The notes under the pieces are model-generated. The model worked only from the letters and a program-made list of their open reading frames with translations, was not told the DNA's origin and did no database searches. The translations under genes were made by a program, and so were the position numbers. Positions 12,111 to 25,200 of a stretch of DNA of 64,000 nt are shown here, piece after piece. Source of the DNA: Monocercomonoides exilis PA203 (Eukaryota; Protista; Preaxostyla); the NCBI GenBank assembly GCA_001643675.2, contig LSRY02000030.1, forward strand, positions 496,001 to 560,000. Direction: 5' to 3'. Numbering within the stretch: position 1 is the first letter of the stretch; each line of letters opens with the position of its first letter.

Positions 12111-12487
12111 TAGTCACGTCCAAGAATAAAGCGAGAAGCATTCTGGTGTTGTTGATGAAATACTTTCAAAAAAAGAAAAAACGATTGCTCAATAATTATT
12201 GTGGGCTTGAATAATTATTCCATCAAACAACACGTATTTTCAATTTGAATTCTACAGATAAAACATTGATTGCAAATAACTCAAAGTTTGACAAATGAAA
12301 AAGCAAAAAAAGAAAAAGAAAAAGAAAAAGTTCATCAAACAAATGTTCTCAAATAAATTCCTGAAACAAACAACATTTCTCAAAAACAGAATGTTGTGTT
12401 TCTCTCAAAAAAAAAATATATGTGGATAATATCGTTTTGATTGAAGTTCGTTGCTGCAAATGTTTATCGCTTCTCTTTTCTCTTCAT

Positions 12488-14756
12488 TCAAGCATGCTTC
12501 AGCCATCTGTTGAACATTTCCAGCGAATTCGAAACACTCTTCAGCGCAACATCGTCTGAATGAACGAGAAACGCCACAAAAATGTCTTCCATTCCCTCTT
12601 CCTCCATCGTGTTCAGAACTTTTCCCTGCTCATCTCAACGCAGAGATGCTGAAGAAGCAGGAGAGAATGCCAATGAAGATGCTGAAGTTGGCGAACTCGA
12701 ACAATGCTTGTCTGCCTCAAAGGCTCGGATAGCAGATCCTCTGGCTGATTGCAAGCGAGGAGAATGCTGCGAAGATTCTGATTTTTCATCATGTTTGCTT
12801 TTTCTTTCCTTTTTTTGGATCTCAACCAATTCCTCTCTCAGAACACTCTTCCTTCTTTCCATTTCCGCCAGCCCAATTCCTGTTGCCTTTTCGCCTCTTT
12901 CTTCATTTTCTGTGTGTGCTTCAGCTTCTTCTTCTTCTTCTTCACATTCCTTCTCTGTTTTACCATCATCCATTTTCTCCTTCGCTTTTTCCTCTTTCTC
13001 TTCGTTTTCACACTCTCTGACAATGGCTGTCTCTATTGCCCACAGCATCATCTGCACTCCCGTGTCTTTCAGTCTCCCCAGCCTCTTTATCATCCTCCCA
13101 ACCACACCTTCTGCAGGCGCCTGTCCAGCCATCCTTCTTTTCTGCATCTTCTGCTTTCCCTTCTTTTCTCTGTCTGCACATTTCTCCTTCTCAATCCCCT
13201 CTGGTTCTTCTTTCTCTCCAATTCTGCCTTCGTTGCACTCCTCCTCCTCCTCCTCCTCCTCCTCCTCCTCCTCCTTTCCGTCTTCTGCATTTTCGCTGTG
13301 TGTTTCTGTCTTCTCGCAAACAGACAAGCACGACTCCAACAGAAACGAGAGTTGTCGAGCAGAGCAGCTGTAAAATATGTTTCGAAGAAGAAACAGGGAG
13401 TTGATGTGAATGTTTGAAATGCTTGAAATGTTTGAAGAAGAAGAAGATGATGATGATGATGAATACGATGAACTCTCATCATCAGTTTCAATGCAAACTC
13501 CTTCATATTCCACGCAATCAAATATCAAGTCAACAACAGACTTCTCTTTCATCCTTCGTTTGACCAGCTCATCGGCAAACTCGCTCGAGTTGTAAGCCAA
13601 CCGCGCTGCCACAAACAACACCAGAGAGGCCAGCTTCTCTTTTTCACTCGCAGAAAACTTCGAAAATGATGAGACCTGATGCTCACCAGAGGGCATCACT
13701 GGATTTGAAGCACCCGATAAACTCGATTTTCTTGGGCCCGCAGAACAACAAGCAGGATTCAACGCTGTGTCCATGCTCTCCAATGAATGTGGCTCCATTT
13801 TCTCTTCTTCCTCGCTTTTGGATGAATTGCAGCTGCCAGCATCGCTCCATTGCAAGCTGCACAGCATCTTCATGAGCATGTCAACAAAATTCAACTCAAC
13901 CAACTCTCTGGCAACATCCTCGTTTCGCATGGCTGGCTGCGAAAGAACACGCAGACTCCAAAGAATAACAGAATAAGCTGGGTGCAAAATGCAATTGCAA
14001 ACAGAACGTGCTGCTCCAAGAGGCAAAATAACGCTGCGGCAGGCTCAACAGAAAAAATCAATGATGCAAGCAATTGAATGATAACATGAATAAAGAAATC
14101 GTCAAATTATCAAAAAATAAAAATATATTTGGACATGGCAAACCATCAACTGTTGTCACACAATACAAAGCCTGAAGACTCAAAACAACATAATCAGGTG
14201 AATTTCTGCAAAATGAGTCTGGGCCAAGTAAATCAATAATGGCGTGTGCATAAGGCAACAGGCTGGCATCTGCTCCGCAGGTAGGATAATGAATCAGACA
14301 CCACAATATCGAGCTCATCGAAATAATCTTCTCAGAAAAGGGGAATCTGTGCAACACATCTGGAATAAATCGCTCCAAATGCCCAAACGTGTAATGGCGC
14401 GGAAGCAAAGGAGCCAACTCGTCAGACGAAGGATCAATCATCCGAGCAAGAACGGTGCTGATAATTTCGAGATACAATCCCGTTTCATCCGCCCCGTCTT
14501 TGCAGCGGAAAGACATGAACGCATTCCATGTCGCAACGTCAAATAGATCAGCAAATTTGCTCGATGCGTTTGATCCCAGCATTTGCTGCATCTCGGAAAG
14601 CTGAGCGAAAGAAACATTCTCTTGCTGCGACAAATTGCAGACGAAATCTTCAACAACGAAAATGCGACCACTTCAGAGGGAAAAGGAAATCAAATTAAAT
14701 CGCTCAACCTCTAAAACGCTCTTTTGAATCGGAGCATGCCTCCTGACTTTCTGCAT
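12488..14756 (-). CDS. Spliced gene for an alpha-helical (ARM/HEAT-like) protein with a poly-Glu tract
   Basis: ATG 14756. Predicted introns 14625-14708 (GTTGAG..CAG), 14044-14143 (GTTTGCC..TTGAG; joins ORFs 14058..14633 and 12635..14026 in frame as VDACRSVILPLGAAR) and 12634-12696 (GTTCGCC..TTGAG; removes the TGA so the frame continues to ...MEEEGMEDIFVAFLVHSDDVALKSVSNSLEMFNRWLKHA*, stop 12488). Confidence 0.65.
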
Positions 14757-15163
14757 AAATAAGATTTGACGAAAAAAAGAAATGGGGGAAAATATAGTCT
14801 TTCAAGCTTTTTTTGCGCAAAACACAAAAAAATTGTTTCGCTTATAACTTTATTTTGCTTTCTCAGATTTCAAAATAAATTTGATTTTCAAATCTGTCAA
14901 CAGACATTATTGATGTTATAACTAAATGTTTTGTGATCTCACACGTATTTCAAAAAATAAACACATTTATTTCTTATTTTTTGATCACAAAAAGTTTATA
15001 AAAAGTGTATAACAATTCAATGAAAAAGCTTGAAATCACATTATTCTCTCCATTTGATTTCAAGATTATCAAAGTTTTCACTTTTCATGTATTTTAAAAA
15101 TATTTTGTCGACTCGAAAGAAAAAAAAAAAAATAAACTCGAATTTTTAATGAGTTTGTTTGTA

Positions 15164-16192
15164 CACCATTTATTATTCAAATTTGGTAAACTTATTATTC
15201 GAAATTGGTCAATTAATTATTCAAAATTAATAAACTAATTATTCGATTTTGGTAAACTAATTATTCAAAGTTGTTAAACTAATTATTCAAAATTGTTAAA
15301 CTTTTTATTCGAAATTAATAAACTTATTATTCGAAATTGGTAAACTTCTTATTCAAAATTAATAAAATTGAGTAATTTTTTTAAAAAGTTTTTTTGTGAA
15401 AAATTGGTTTTTGGCTGAATATCAGAAAATATTGAAAATATTATATTCACTCAATATTCGAAATATAGATGAGAATTTGAACCCAGATTTTTATAATTTG
15501 TGAATAAACAGAAATTTTCTGATTTTTCAGAAAAAAAATCATCATCATGGAAATAGGATTATTTTTGAATTATTTCACCTCACATCGATAAATAATAAAT
15601 AATTCAATCATGAAATGTTATTTACACTTCGAAATATTTATAAGAACAATAAAAAACAAATGAAGAATCCTGAAAGTACATTAATGGATTTTTTCTATAG
15701 AAAAAATTTTTGTTTACAATTTACAAAATAGAAGCAAATAACATTTCATGATTGAATTATTTATTATTTATCGATGTGAGGTGAAATAATTCAAAAATAA
15801 TCCTATTTCCATGATGATGATTTTTTTCTGAAAAATCAGAAAATTTCTGTTTATTCACAAATTATAAAAATCTGGGTTCAAATTCTCATCTATATTTCGA
15901 ATATTGAGTGAATATAATATTTTCAATATTTTCTGATATTCAGCCAAAAACCAATTTTTCACAAAAAACTTTTTAAAAAATTACTCAATTTTATTAATTT
16001 TGAATAAGAAGTTTACCAATTTCGAATAATAAGTTTATTAATTTCGAATAAAAAGTTTAACAATTTTGAATAATTAGTTTAACAACTTTGAATAATTAGT
16101 TTACCAAAATCGAATAATTAGTTTATTAATTTTGAATAATTAATTGACCAATTTCGAATAATAAGTTTACCAAATTTGAATAATAAATGGTG
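15164..16192. mobile_element. Foldback-type/MITE non-autonomous DNA transposon, 1,029 bp, ~460-bp TIRs, TA target duplication
   Basis: Arms 15164-15623 and 15736-16192 are reverse complements; the differences I found are three homopolymer lengths. 112-bp spacer; termini TA|CACCATTT...AAATGGTG|TA; no transposase ORF. Confidence 0.85.
15170..15367. repeat. Nine degenerate 22-bp tandem repeats (consensus ~TWATTATTCRAAATTRRTAAAC) inside the left TIR; mirrored at ~15989-16186
   Basis: Units read directly: ttattattcaaatttggtaaac, ttattattcgaaattggtcaat, taattattcaaaattaataaac, taattattcgattttggtaaac, etc. Confidence 0.85.
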
Positions 16193-16374
16193 TAGAAGGT
16201 TTATTTTAAAATAAATATTTCGAATTATTCCTCTGATAATTTTCGAAAAAAAATTTTTTGTTCGGTATTTTGTGAGATGTTTTTTATTTAATGAAAATTC
16301 AATATCAAAATTTTTCAAGGGATCAAACAAAAGAAATGTTCTGGTAAAAAATTTTGTACTCATCTAAGTTGTCA

Positions 16375-16377
<3 letters not shown>

Positions 16378-16467
<90 letters not shown>
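16378..16467. repeat. (AAT)30 microsatellite
   Basis: Perfect trinucleotide run; explains the spurious poly-N/poly-I/poly-L ORFs. Confidence 0.95.
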
Positions 16468-16471
<4 letters not shown>

Positions 16472-16514
16472 TTAATATGGTTGCTGGAAATAATAATGTA
16501 ATTATAAAATTTAA

Positions 16515-19500
16515 ATGTTTCACAAAGAAGAAAGATCATTTCATAGATTTTCAACGTTTCACCAAGGTACGTGCATTCATTATGTCTTTTTTTGCTAATA
16601 TGCTTATATGGTTTGCGTAGAAGAAACAAATAAAAATATCTGTTATTGTTCTGAAGGGGGAATAAGACTTCGCAAAAATAAGAGAGATCAAACTCTTTTT
16701 GAAAAAAGATTGTATTCAATAAATGAAGATCTGATTTTCAAAGCATGATTTTCCGTTTTTTTCAATATCTCACAATCTTTTTTACACTTATTCCACAAAC
16801 AGCAAGATTCAAGAAGCAAACATTGTTCTGCATATGAGCTCATTACCCGTCTTCATAGTGAAAATGAAGAGCAACTTTTGGACACCATGAAAATTGCATC
16901 TGCATCTTTTGATAATTGTTTGTTTTTAAAAAATTGTCTAAATAACTCTCATTGTTTTTATATTTAAGATGGAACATTAACGGCGTTTGAATCAATTGGA
17001 GGTTTTGATCTGTTGCTTACGCTACGCAAACGATTTTCTTCACGAAAGATAAAGCTCTCAGTTACAAATATTTTGTCTAAATGTGTATCAAAATGCTCGA
17101 ATCTTGCACAAAAGATGGTGTCTCAAAACTTATGTGAGGCTTTAAATTCAGAAATTACAGGAAATGATTGCGATTTAATTGCTTGTGATTTGGATCTTAT
17201 TGGAATTTTATTTTTGTCTGATGTGTCAATTGGACAGGAATTAGTCCAAAGGGGAATAATACCAAAATTAGTTAAAGCCACACAAAATACATTGAGATAT
17301 CTTCATTACAAATGTAGTGAAGAAAGTTTTCAGAAGAATGATGATGCTATAACAAGTAAAGAGCTCGAATCATTGGTATTTGCACTTACGCATGCAACGT
17401 GCTTTTCTTCTGATAAAGAAATGCCCTATGAATCAATTCAACTAATAAATTTAATATTGGATGCGATTGCTATTCGCAATGTCGACACTAACAGTCAAAA
17501 TGAATCTAATGAGAAAGATGATGCAAATGATACAGATGCATTAACTTATCAATCATTTCCAACTCGACAGAAAAGTTCATTTCCACTTTCTGGAACGTAC
17601 TCATCTTCTTTCATTTTGCAATTACTTAATAATTTATCAATTGTCGAGAGAATAATTACGGATTCATGCTCTATTATTTTGAATTTTCTCCTATCTTTTT
17701 CATCGTCTGACTTTATTCGATTAGCGCCAAACATTTTTAGAAATTTATTTTTTATATTGGAGTATGCATGAATAATATAATTTTTGCATTTTGCATTTAC
17801 CCCCTATTCACTCACTCACACTCTTTCTTTCTTTCTCTTCTTCTTCTTCTTCTTCTTCTTCTTCTATCTATCTATCTATCTATCTATCTCTCTATCTATC
17901 TATCTATCTATCTATCTCTTTCTCTATCTCTCTCTCTTTCTCTCTCTCTTTATCCTCTCTCTTACTCCTTTTCTTTTCTTTTCTTTTTATTTGACATTTT
18001 AACCTAATAATAATGTATTTATTTAAATTAATTATTTGTTGTTCTATTTGATTTCTATTGTTTTACACATTTTAGCATGAATAATTATTCATTCGTTGCA
18101 TCCATTCTTCAAGTTCTGGAGGTTCTATTGTCAGATAACGAATGCGTTTTGAATATATCGCAGGAAATGCTTGAGAAATTCTTGACGAAAACGCAATACC
18201 TTTTGTCATCTTCTCGCTTTTGTCAATCATTAAAGCAGCAAGTTATCAGAATCTACATAATATTCATGAAAAGCGATGAAGCTAAAGCAAATGAAGAAAA
18301 AATGCAGAAGAGACAAGAGATGAAAGTAGATGGAATTTCAAAAGAAATGGAAAATGAAATAAATTCACCAATTTATATGAACGCATCTTCAAGCGGAGAT
18401 TTTTCAAATTTAGCCAAATTTAGTTGTTCAACCTTATTCGTAACCGCTTTTTTTAAGGCCGAAACAATGAATGCATTTATTCAAGTTCTTAGAGAAGATA
18501 CAGACGATGTCAGAATTGAAGTTTTGAGCATGTTGAAGAGAATTTTCCGTCTTTTCGATAATTTTTGTATGAACGAACTGAAAAGCAGAAACAAACTGAA
18601 TCAATCAAGCCAATACTTATTCATTAGTCCAGCAACCTCTACACATCCGTCAATAACACCATATCTTCTTCAGACTTCTTCTTCCAACAAAAAATCCACG
18701 CCAATAAGTGAGTTTTGCTCTTCATTTGGCTTTTTGTCTGTTGTTCCTCTTCTTCTTCAACGCATCTCAAACAAAGTTGTCCATTTGACATTGATTGCTC
18801 TATCAACTCTTTTGTTTTCAGATGAAAGAGAATTAAAGCTATTATGCTCTTCTGCACCTGCGCCATTTGTTTCTTCGTATTCAATCTCTTCATTGAACGA
18901 CAGTATATTTCGAAGTCATTCAATTATTATTCAGCAACTCTATCAAAACGTCAAACATCCATCAACAGATGTACAATTTGTTTCAATGTATCTTCTTCAT
19001 CGCTTTTTTAATGTTAATACAAAAGATTCACTTTATTTTGACCTTCCAGCCATGTGCAACTTTAAAGAGCAATACAAATATTTAATGGACGATAAAGAAG
19101 AAGATAATAAAAGAGAAGAAACCATGGAGAAAGAAGATGAAGAAGAAGATGATGAAATAATCCAAGAAATAGATGATCAAACCGAAGAAAACGAAGAAGA
19201 CATGCTTCCACAAGTGGAAGATAACCCCAGCACCGAATTAGAAGAATGGAAACGGTTATTGTTGAGAAGACGCATTGCTCATAAAGAATTTGGTATTGAC
19301 AAAGATGAAGAAGAATTCGAGGAAGATTTCACAGAACTCTCTTTTTCGCATCCAAAACACGATTTCAAGGCTAATGCTTTGGATGATGAAGAAGATATGC
19401 TTATTAGAAACTCAACCCCGTTTGTTTCATCTTCTCTTTCCTCTCCTCAGAATTGTCTATATTCTTCTTCGTTTGCATCTTCTCCATCTTTTTCACCATA

Positions 19501-19699
19501 TTCTGAAAACTGCAAGTTAACTTCATTCAATCCGTTTTCAAGCAATTTTTTGTTTTCTTCTTCAAATGATAATTCTCAGAGTTTAACACCTTTGATTGCT
19601 ACTGCTTCAACTTCAGTTTTTTCGTGTAATTCGCAAACATCTCTACTTTTCCCTGTTCCTCCACAAAATGCTCAAGCATTTACACAAATAAACACATAG
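16515..19699 (+). CDS. Multi-exon ARM-repeat-like protein with an IBB-like basic N-terminal motif and an acidic/Ser-rich C-terminus
   Basis: Candidate ATG 16515; donors GTACGT (~16567), GTTTGT (~16918), GTATGC (17762) and acceptors TAG/AAG (~16620, ~16968, 18075) link ORFs 17013..17771 and 18077..19699 (TAG stop). Motifs GIRLRKNKRDQTLFEKR and GQELVQRGIIPKLV. The second intron boundary is unresolved. Confidence 0.55.
17821..17990. repeat. Compound intronic microsatellite (CTT)n-(CTAT)n-(CT)n
   Basis: Directly visible inside predicted intron 17762-18075. Confidence 0.9.
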
Positions 19700-19991
19700 C
19701 TATTCACAACATTTATTGTTTTATTAAGTTTTTAATCTTTGTTATAAATATTTTTTTCATAAAAAGAATAATTTTTTATCACTTCAAGATTATTATGTGA
19801 ATACATAGTTTAGACTGTTGATGCTACATTTATGAGATGTTCACATATTGCACATAACTCCAAAAAACGAGAAGCATCAACAACAATAACAACAAAAAAT
19901 TTTTTAATAATAAAAATAAAAGATGAGCTACCCACAAACAAAACAACGAATATCACATCTGCAAATTCTGACAAGTGCCACATCTTCGCGT

Positions 19992-22031
19992 TCATTCGAA
20001 CTTCTTCCCAAAGATGTCATACATTTCCAAAATTGCATACACATCTCCTCTGAAATATGTGCACAGCCGGATATTCTTCTCCTCATCGTCATACCCACAC
20101 TTCTTCAGCAGCGCCAGCGGATTCGCATAAACACTCTTCATTTTCGCCAGGTCTCTTTTGACGTGCGACGGCTTGCGATGCGAAAAGGCTGAGAAAGGAA
20201 AAGACGATGAAGACATGGAAGAAGAAAGGGAAGAAAGGGAAGGAAGAGGAGAATGAGAATGAGAAAGAGGAAAGGGAGGAGGAGGAGGAAGAGGAGGAAA
20301 GTGAAAACTTGAGATAGAAGGCTGACTCGAATAGCAGAATGGAGGAGCAACAAATTGCGAATGAGATGCTGAAAGAGTTGGAAGTGAAAAAGCAGAGGAA
20401 GATAAAGAAGATGGGAGAGAAGAAGATGATAAAGAGGAAGGAAAATACGGATTCTGAAATGGAGCAGATGGAGAAAAAGACCCGAATGATGGATCAAAAT
20501 AAGAAGAAGAAGAAGAAGTAGGAAGAGGAGGAGGAGGCATAAAAGAAGGCAATGGAAATCCGATCGGATAAGTCGCTTGGCAAACAGGAGGGGGAGGTGG
20601 AGGAGGAAGTTCTGAAATATAAGAAGACGAAGAATGCTTGGACAAAGAAGAAGAAGAAGAAGAAGAAGATAAGGAAGAAAAGGGAGAGAATTCAGAGCAA
20701 GGTGAAGATGAAGAAGAAGAAGAAGGCGAAGGTGGAGGAGTTGTTGCAGACGAACGATGGCCAGAATCATCTTCTGAATAAATCTTTTCTGCATTTTCTT
20801 TCAACACTCCTTTTTCTTTTTCTTTTTCTTTTTCTTTTTCATTCCGCTCTTTCTCATCCCCTTTCTTTTGCTCCTCATCTGCTTTAGTTTTTTCAATTTC
20901 TTTTGTATTTTCTTTGTCAATTTGAGTTATTCCCTTGTCACTTGTCTCTGATGCCTCTTCGTTCGAATGCAACTCATTCAGCAAAGAAGCATCTGAAGAA
21001 GGAACAGAACAACTGGAACATGAATCAGTCTTTCCAATAATCAGCGGTGAAGTTTGAAGCGAAGAAGAAGTTTGACACTTTTCCAGTTCCATTTTTGAAG
21101 ATGCAACAGGTGTTGAAAGACTGTCCTTTCCTTGTAATTTGTAAAAGCTACCTGCATCACCTCCTTTTGTAGAAAGTGCATCAATTCCGTTGCAGTTATC
21201 AGACGCGCTTACAGATAAGTCAGATGCAGACTCAACAATTTTTTCGCTTACCGCAACATTTTCCCCAGAATGAATTACAACAGTTGTTGAATTCTGTTCA
21301 GTAATATTGTTTTGATCTTTATTTGAGCTTAATTCTCCTTCGCACACGTTAAGATGCTCCCCATACTGTAAAAGAGACATCTTTTGTTTGCATTTATCAC
21401 ATTCAACACATGATCTAGCGAGATCTTCATCGATTTTCGGAGATTGCTGTTCCTTCAAATTTCCAACAGGTGAAGAAGAAATAATTTGAGAAGTTTGCGG
21501 TTCCACCGCTATAGCCGGCTGAACAGTTGAATTTTGACTTTCCGACGTTAAAGTATGCTGCTTTTTTTCAATTTCGTTTCGACAATCTGTACTCTGAAGC
21601 ACAGTTGATTGAACTTTACTTGAAGCATCATTTTCAGAATTATTAGATGTTTGAATTGAGCTATTATTTGATTGGGTTGTATGCAATGGAGAACTATTCG
21701 ATGATCGATGAAGATCTTCCTTCATTGGAGATTTTGTTTTTGACAGTTTGGACTTTGGTTTTTTTTTCCTAACTGTTAGAATGTGATAATCTTCAGCATC
21801 TATAAAAGTCAAAAGTTAACATAAACTGAATTATTTCTGATATAAACCTTCAAATGTCTCTTCATCTGGTAAAACCTTTCTATTATGAGAGACCTCTTGA
21901 TTTTCTACCGAAATTCCCACTTTACTCTCAATCAAACGTTTCAGCTCAAGGACAGTCAACTTTTTTGAAATTAACTCTTCAAATTGATCCGCTTGTGCGG
22001 GTGTCACCAGGATTGTAATTTGATCATCCAT
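19992..22031 (-). CDS. UBL + UBZ-like zinc finger + Ser/Pro-rich region + UBA-like domain protein (ubiquitin shuttle-like)
   Basis: Exon 1 encodes a ubiquitin-like fold (LTVLELKRLIESKVGISVENQEVSHNRKVLPDEETF). A 48-nt intron 21800-21847 (GTTTAT..TATAG) joins ORF 19992..21812 in frame. CDKC-x11-HLNVC finger; C-terminal LALLKKCGYDDEEKNIRLCTYFRGDVYAILEMY resembles UBA. Confidence 0.75.
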
Positions 22032-22217
22032 CGAAAATTGATTGAAAACTAGATCACAACATATACTTTATTTGTTGAATTTTTCAAAATGAAAATTTCT
22101 GAAAAAAAATGAGATAACATATCAAACAAATTAAAGGAAAATATACAAATAATAAAAAATTTTGCTTAATAATGTGCTTTGATCCAAAGCAAATAACTTA
22201 ATAACAGAAACAGAATT

Positions 22218-25200
22218 TCATTTGAAATGAGATGAAACAAATAGTGGATTAATAACATGTTCGGGCGTCGCCAATGAAGTTTTATTGGAATTGCCCTGAG
22301 GTGTATTAGTAGAAGTAGATAAGGAATCAACAATGGAAGAGGAAGGAAAAGGAGAGGAAGAGGAAAAGGAGAAAGAGGAGGAAGAGGCTGAGGAAGAAGA
22401 AGAGGAAGATGAAGAAGAATAAGAAGATAACGATGAAGAATATAATGATGATGATTGAGATGAATCAGAAATATGAGGAGGAGAAGAAATAGACATAGAA
22501 GATCGAAGTGAAGAGGGAACAAAAGTGGAAGGATGAGGGCGACGAACAGCTGGCGGAGGGGTTGTGGGAAGAGGAGAAGAAGGAGAAGAAGAGGAAGAAG
22601 AAGGAAAAGGAGAAGAAGGAAAAGGAGAAGAGGAAGAGGAAGAAGGAGAAGGAAAAGAAGGAGAATGAAGAGGAGTTGGAGGAAGTGGAGATGAAGATGA
22701 AGAGGAAGATGAAAAAGGAGTTAAAGGAGATGAAACAGATGGAGAAAAAAGGATAGGGGAAGAAGAGGAAAAAGGAGGAAGAGGAGGAAGAAGCGGAGAG
22801 GAAGAGGTAGATGATGAAGATGATGAAGATGAGGAAGAGGGGGAAGAGGAGGAGGAAGAAGAAGATGGTAAAGGAGAATGTGAAGATAAAGATAAAGATA
22901 CAGATGAAGCAGAAGCAGAAGGAGAAGAAGAAGGATAATTCGACATTGGAACCGAAGAAGAAACAGACTGCCTGGGAGTTGAAGAAGGAGTCTCATCAAA
23001 CGGAAGAGAAGATGATGAAATCGATTGCATAGAGCCACTTTCTGTTTGAAATGTCCTGTTTTTCTTTTCCGTCTCAAACGAAATATTCCCCTCTCCCTTC
23101 TCTCTTCCCACCCCCGACTTCTTCTTCTTCTTCGGGTAGATCATCTTGATTTTCCCGTACTGCTTCTCCAGCTTCGTCAGGATGTGTGCTAAGCGTGGAT
23201 TCTCCGCCATCACCATCATCTGCGCCTCTTTCGTGAGTGTGCCATCGCTGTCCATCACAAGCGCCATCCTTTTTCTCTCTCTTTCTCTCGCCTTCCGCTG
23301 CATTTTGTGTGCTTCTCTTTCCTTTCGAGGCAGTTTCCGCTCTTCGGCTATCTCTTTCTTCCGATCATCCAGTTCACTTGGAGTCAGCCACCAATACCGG
23401 CTTTTCTCTTCTTCTTCTTCTTCTTCTTCGTTTTCTTCTTCCTCTTTGCCTTCATTAGCTTCCTCTCCTTTCTCATTTGCAGCTTTTCCTTTCCCCTTTT
23501 CCTTCTCCTTCCCTTTCCTTCCCTTCCCCATCTTCTTCCTCCCTCTCTTCCTCTTCTTCCTCCAAAATGCCATTTTCCCCACTGCAAACAATACCAGTCC
23601 ATTCAACACAATGACACATCCAAGTGTGATCAGCAGGAGAATAACTTTGTCATTCTTCTTGTCTCTCAAATAGAGCGAGGCATATTCCACAAACACACCC
23701 GATGGAAGAGCTGAGCTGGAGAGAGAGGAACAAGGGCACTCAGCAAAGGCAGATATCTGAGAGAGCGAGGGAAGACAGGGAGAGAGGAGAGAAGTGATAG
23801 AGGAACAGAAGTGTGAGTGGAGAGAAGAGGCAAAAGCAGAGAAGCAGACGAGGCTGGTGGCGGATGTGGTGCAGTTGGAAGAGGTGGCGGAGTGGATTGG
23901 GTGATGTGGTGGCTTTGATGATGAAAATGTTAAAGATGATGAAGAAGAGAAAGAAGGAGAAGAAGAAAATGATGATGATGATAATGAAGATGACAATGAA
24001 TGCAATAATGAATGTGCATAGAATGAAGTCGTAAAGCTATTTTTAATAAATAATTGAATCTCAAATAAACAAAACAAAAACATTAAAAAAAAGACAAACT
24101 TTTCTGTTAAGACCCCGATTTCATTATTCTTCCCCTTTTGATATCTTTCATTCCATCCTCCAAAATCCCCATCTCCTTCCCTGCTTTCACACACATTTCC
24201 CTTCCCTCCTCCCCCGCAGAGCGTCTCAGCAGCACTCACCATTTCCCTGTCAAGCCACTCATGCTTCGCAGCCACAACAGCCCCCACGCCGAGCAAGAGA
24301 AAACCAATGCCTTCCAACACGACCATCACAAAGCAGACGGCTTTGGCACAGAACTGTGTGGATGGCGCTGCAATACCTGAGATTGTGGCGAGGATGGAGA
24401 CGACGACGGAGAGGGCAGACCAGACGATGAGGACAAACAGAAGAGGGTAGCTCACACGGAAGATGGAGGAGAGGGGTGGAAGTGATTGAGAAGAGGAGGA
24501 AGAAGAGGAGGAGGAAGAAATAGAAGAAGAGGAGTAGGAAGAAGAAGAAGAAGAGGAAGAGGAAGAGGAATGTTGCTGATAATCCACCAAGGCGTATGAG
24601 TCAAAAAGTGAAATGGAACGAGACAGTATTGTTTGATCGGTCGTGGATGAAGATGAATGGAGCTTCGAAAGGCGCGTCAAACTTGAAGCGGAAAGAGCAA
24701 TCACAATGACACTCAATGCAATAGCAACAACAGGGCCTGTCAAAACGGTTGTCTAGCAAATAATGAATAGAGGAAATAATAAAAAAAAATAAGCAAAAAA
24801 ATTATTTTTTCATTCGATTTGTATATTTCATTTGAAAACAACACACTCTCACAAATATTCTCATTCCAACTGTAATGGATCCAAAAATATAGCAAAGAAA
24901 GATGTAAAAAGCAAAGGCAATACATATAGACCCAACAACATAAACATTTTTAAATATTTCAATAACTTTTGACGCCAAATTGGACAATGATCCAGGATAA
25001 TTTGAAGCAACTTGTGAAATTCTTTCCCATCTGGAAGTGAAAAACGAAACAGATTGCGAGTGAGCACAAAAGCAAATCAATGATCCATATGCAAATAATG
25101 ACAGAGTCCCCAGTGTCCCCAAAAGAAACACTCTCATGCAGAATATTTCTTTCTTATCCTCTTTACCTTCAAACCTGAAAAATTATTGTTTTTTGAAAAA

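Noticed and set aside
16323-16719. Poly-Asn/Ile/Leu ORFs
   Set aside because: Translations of the (AAT)30 microsatellite.
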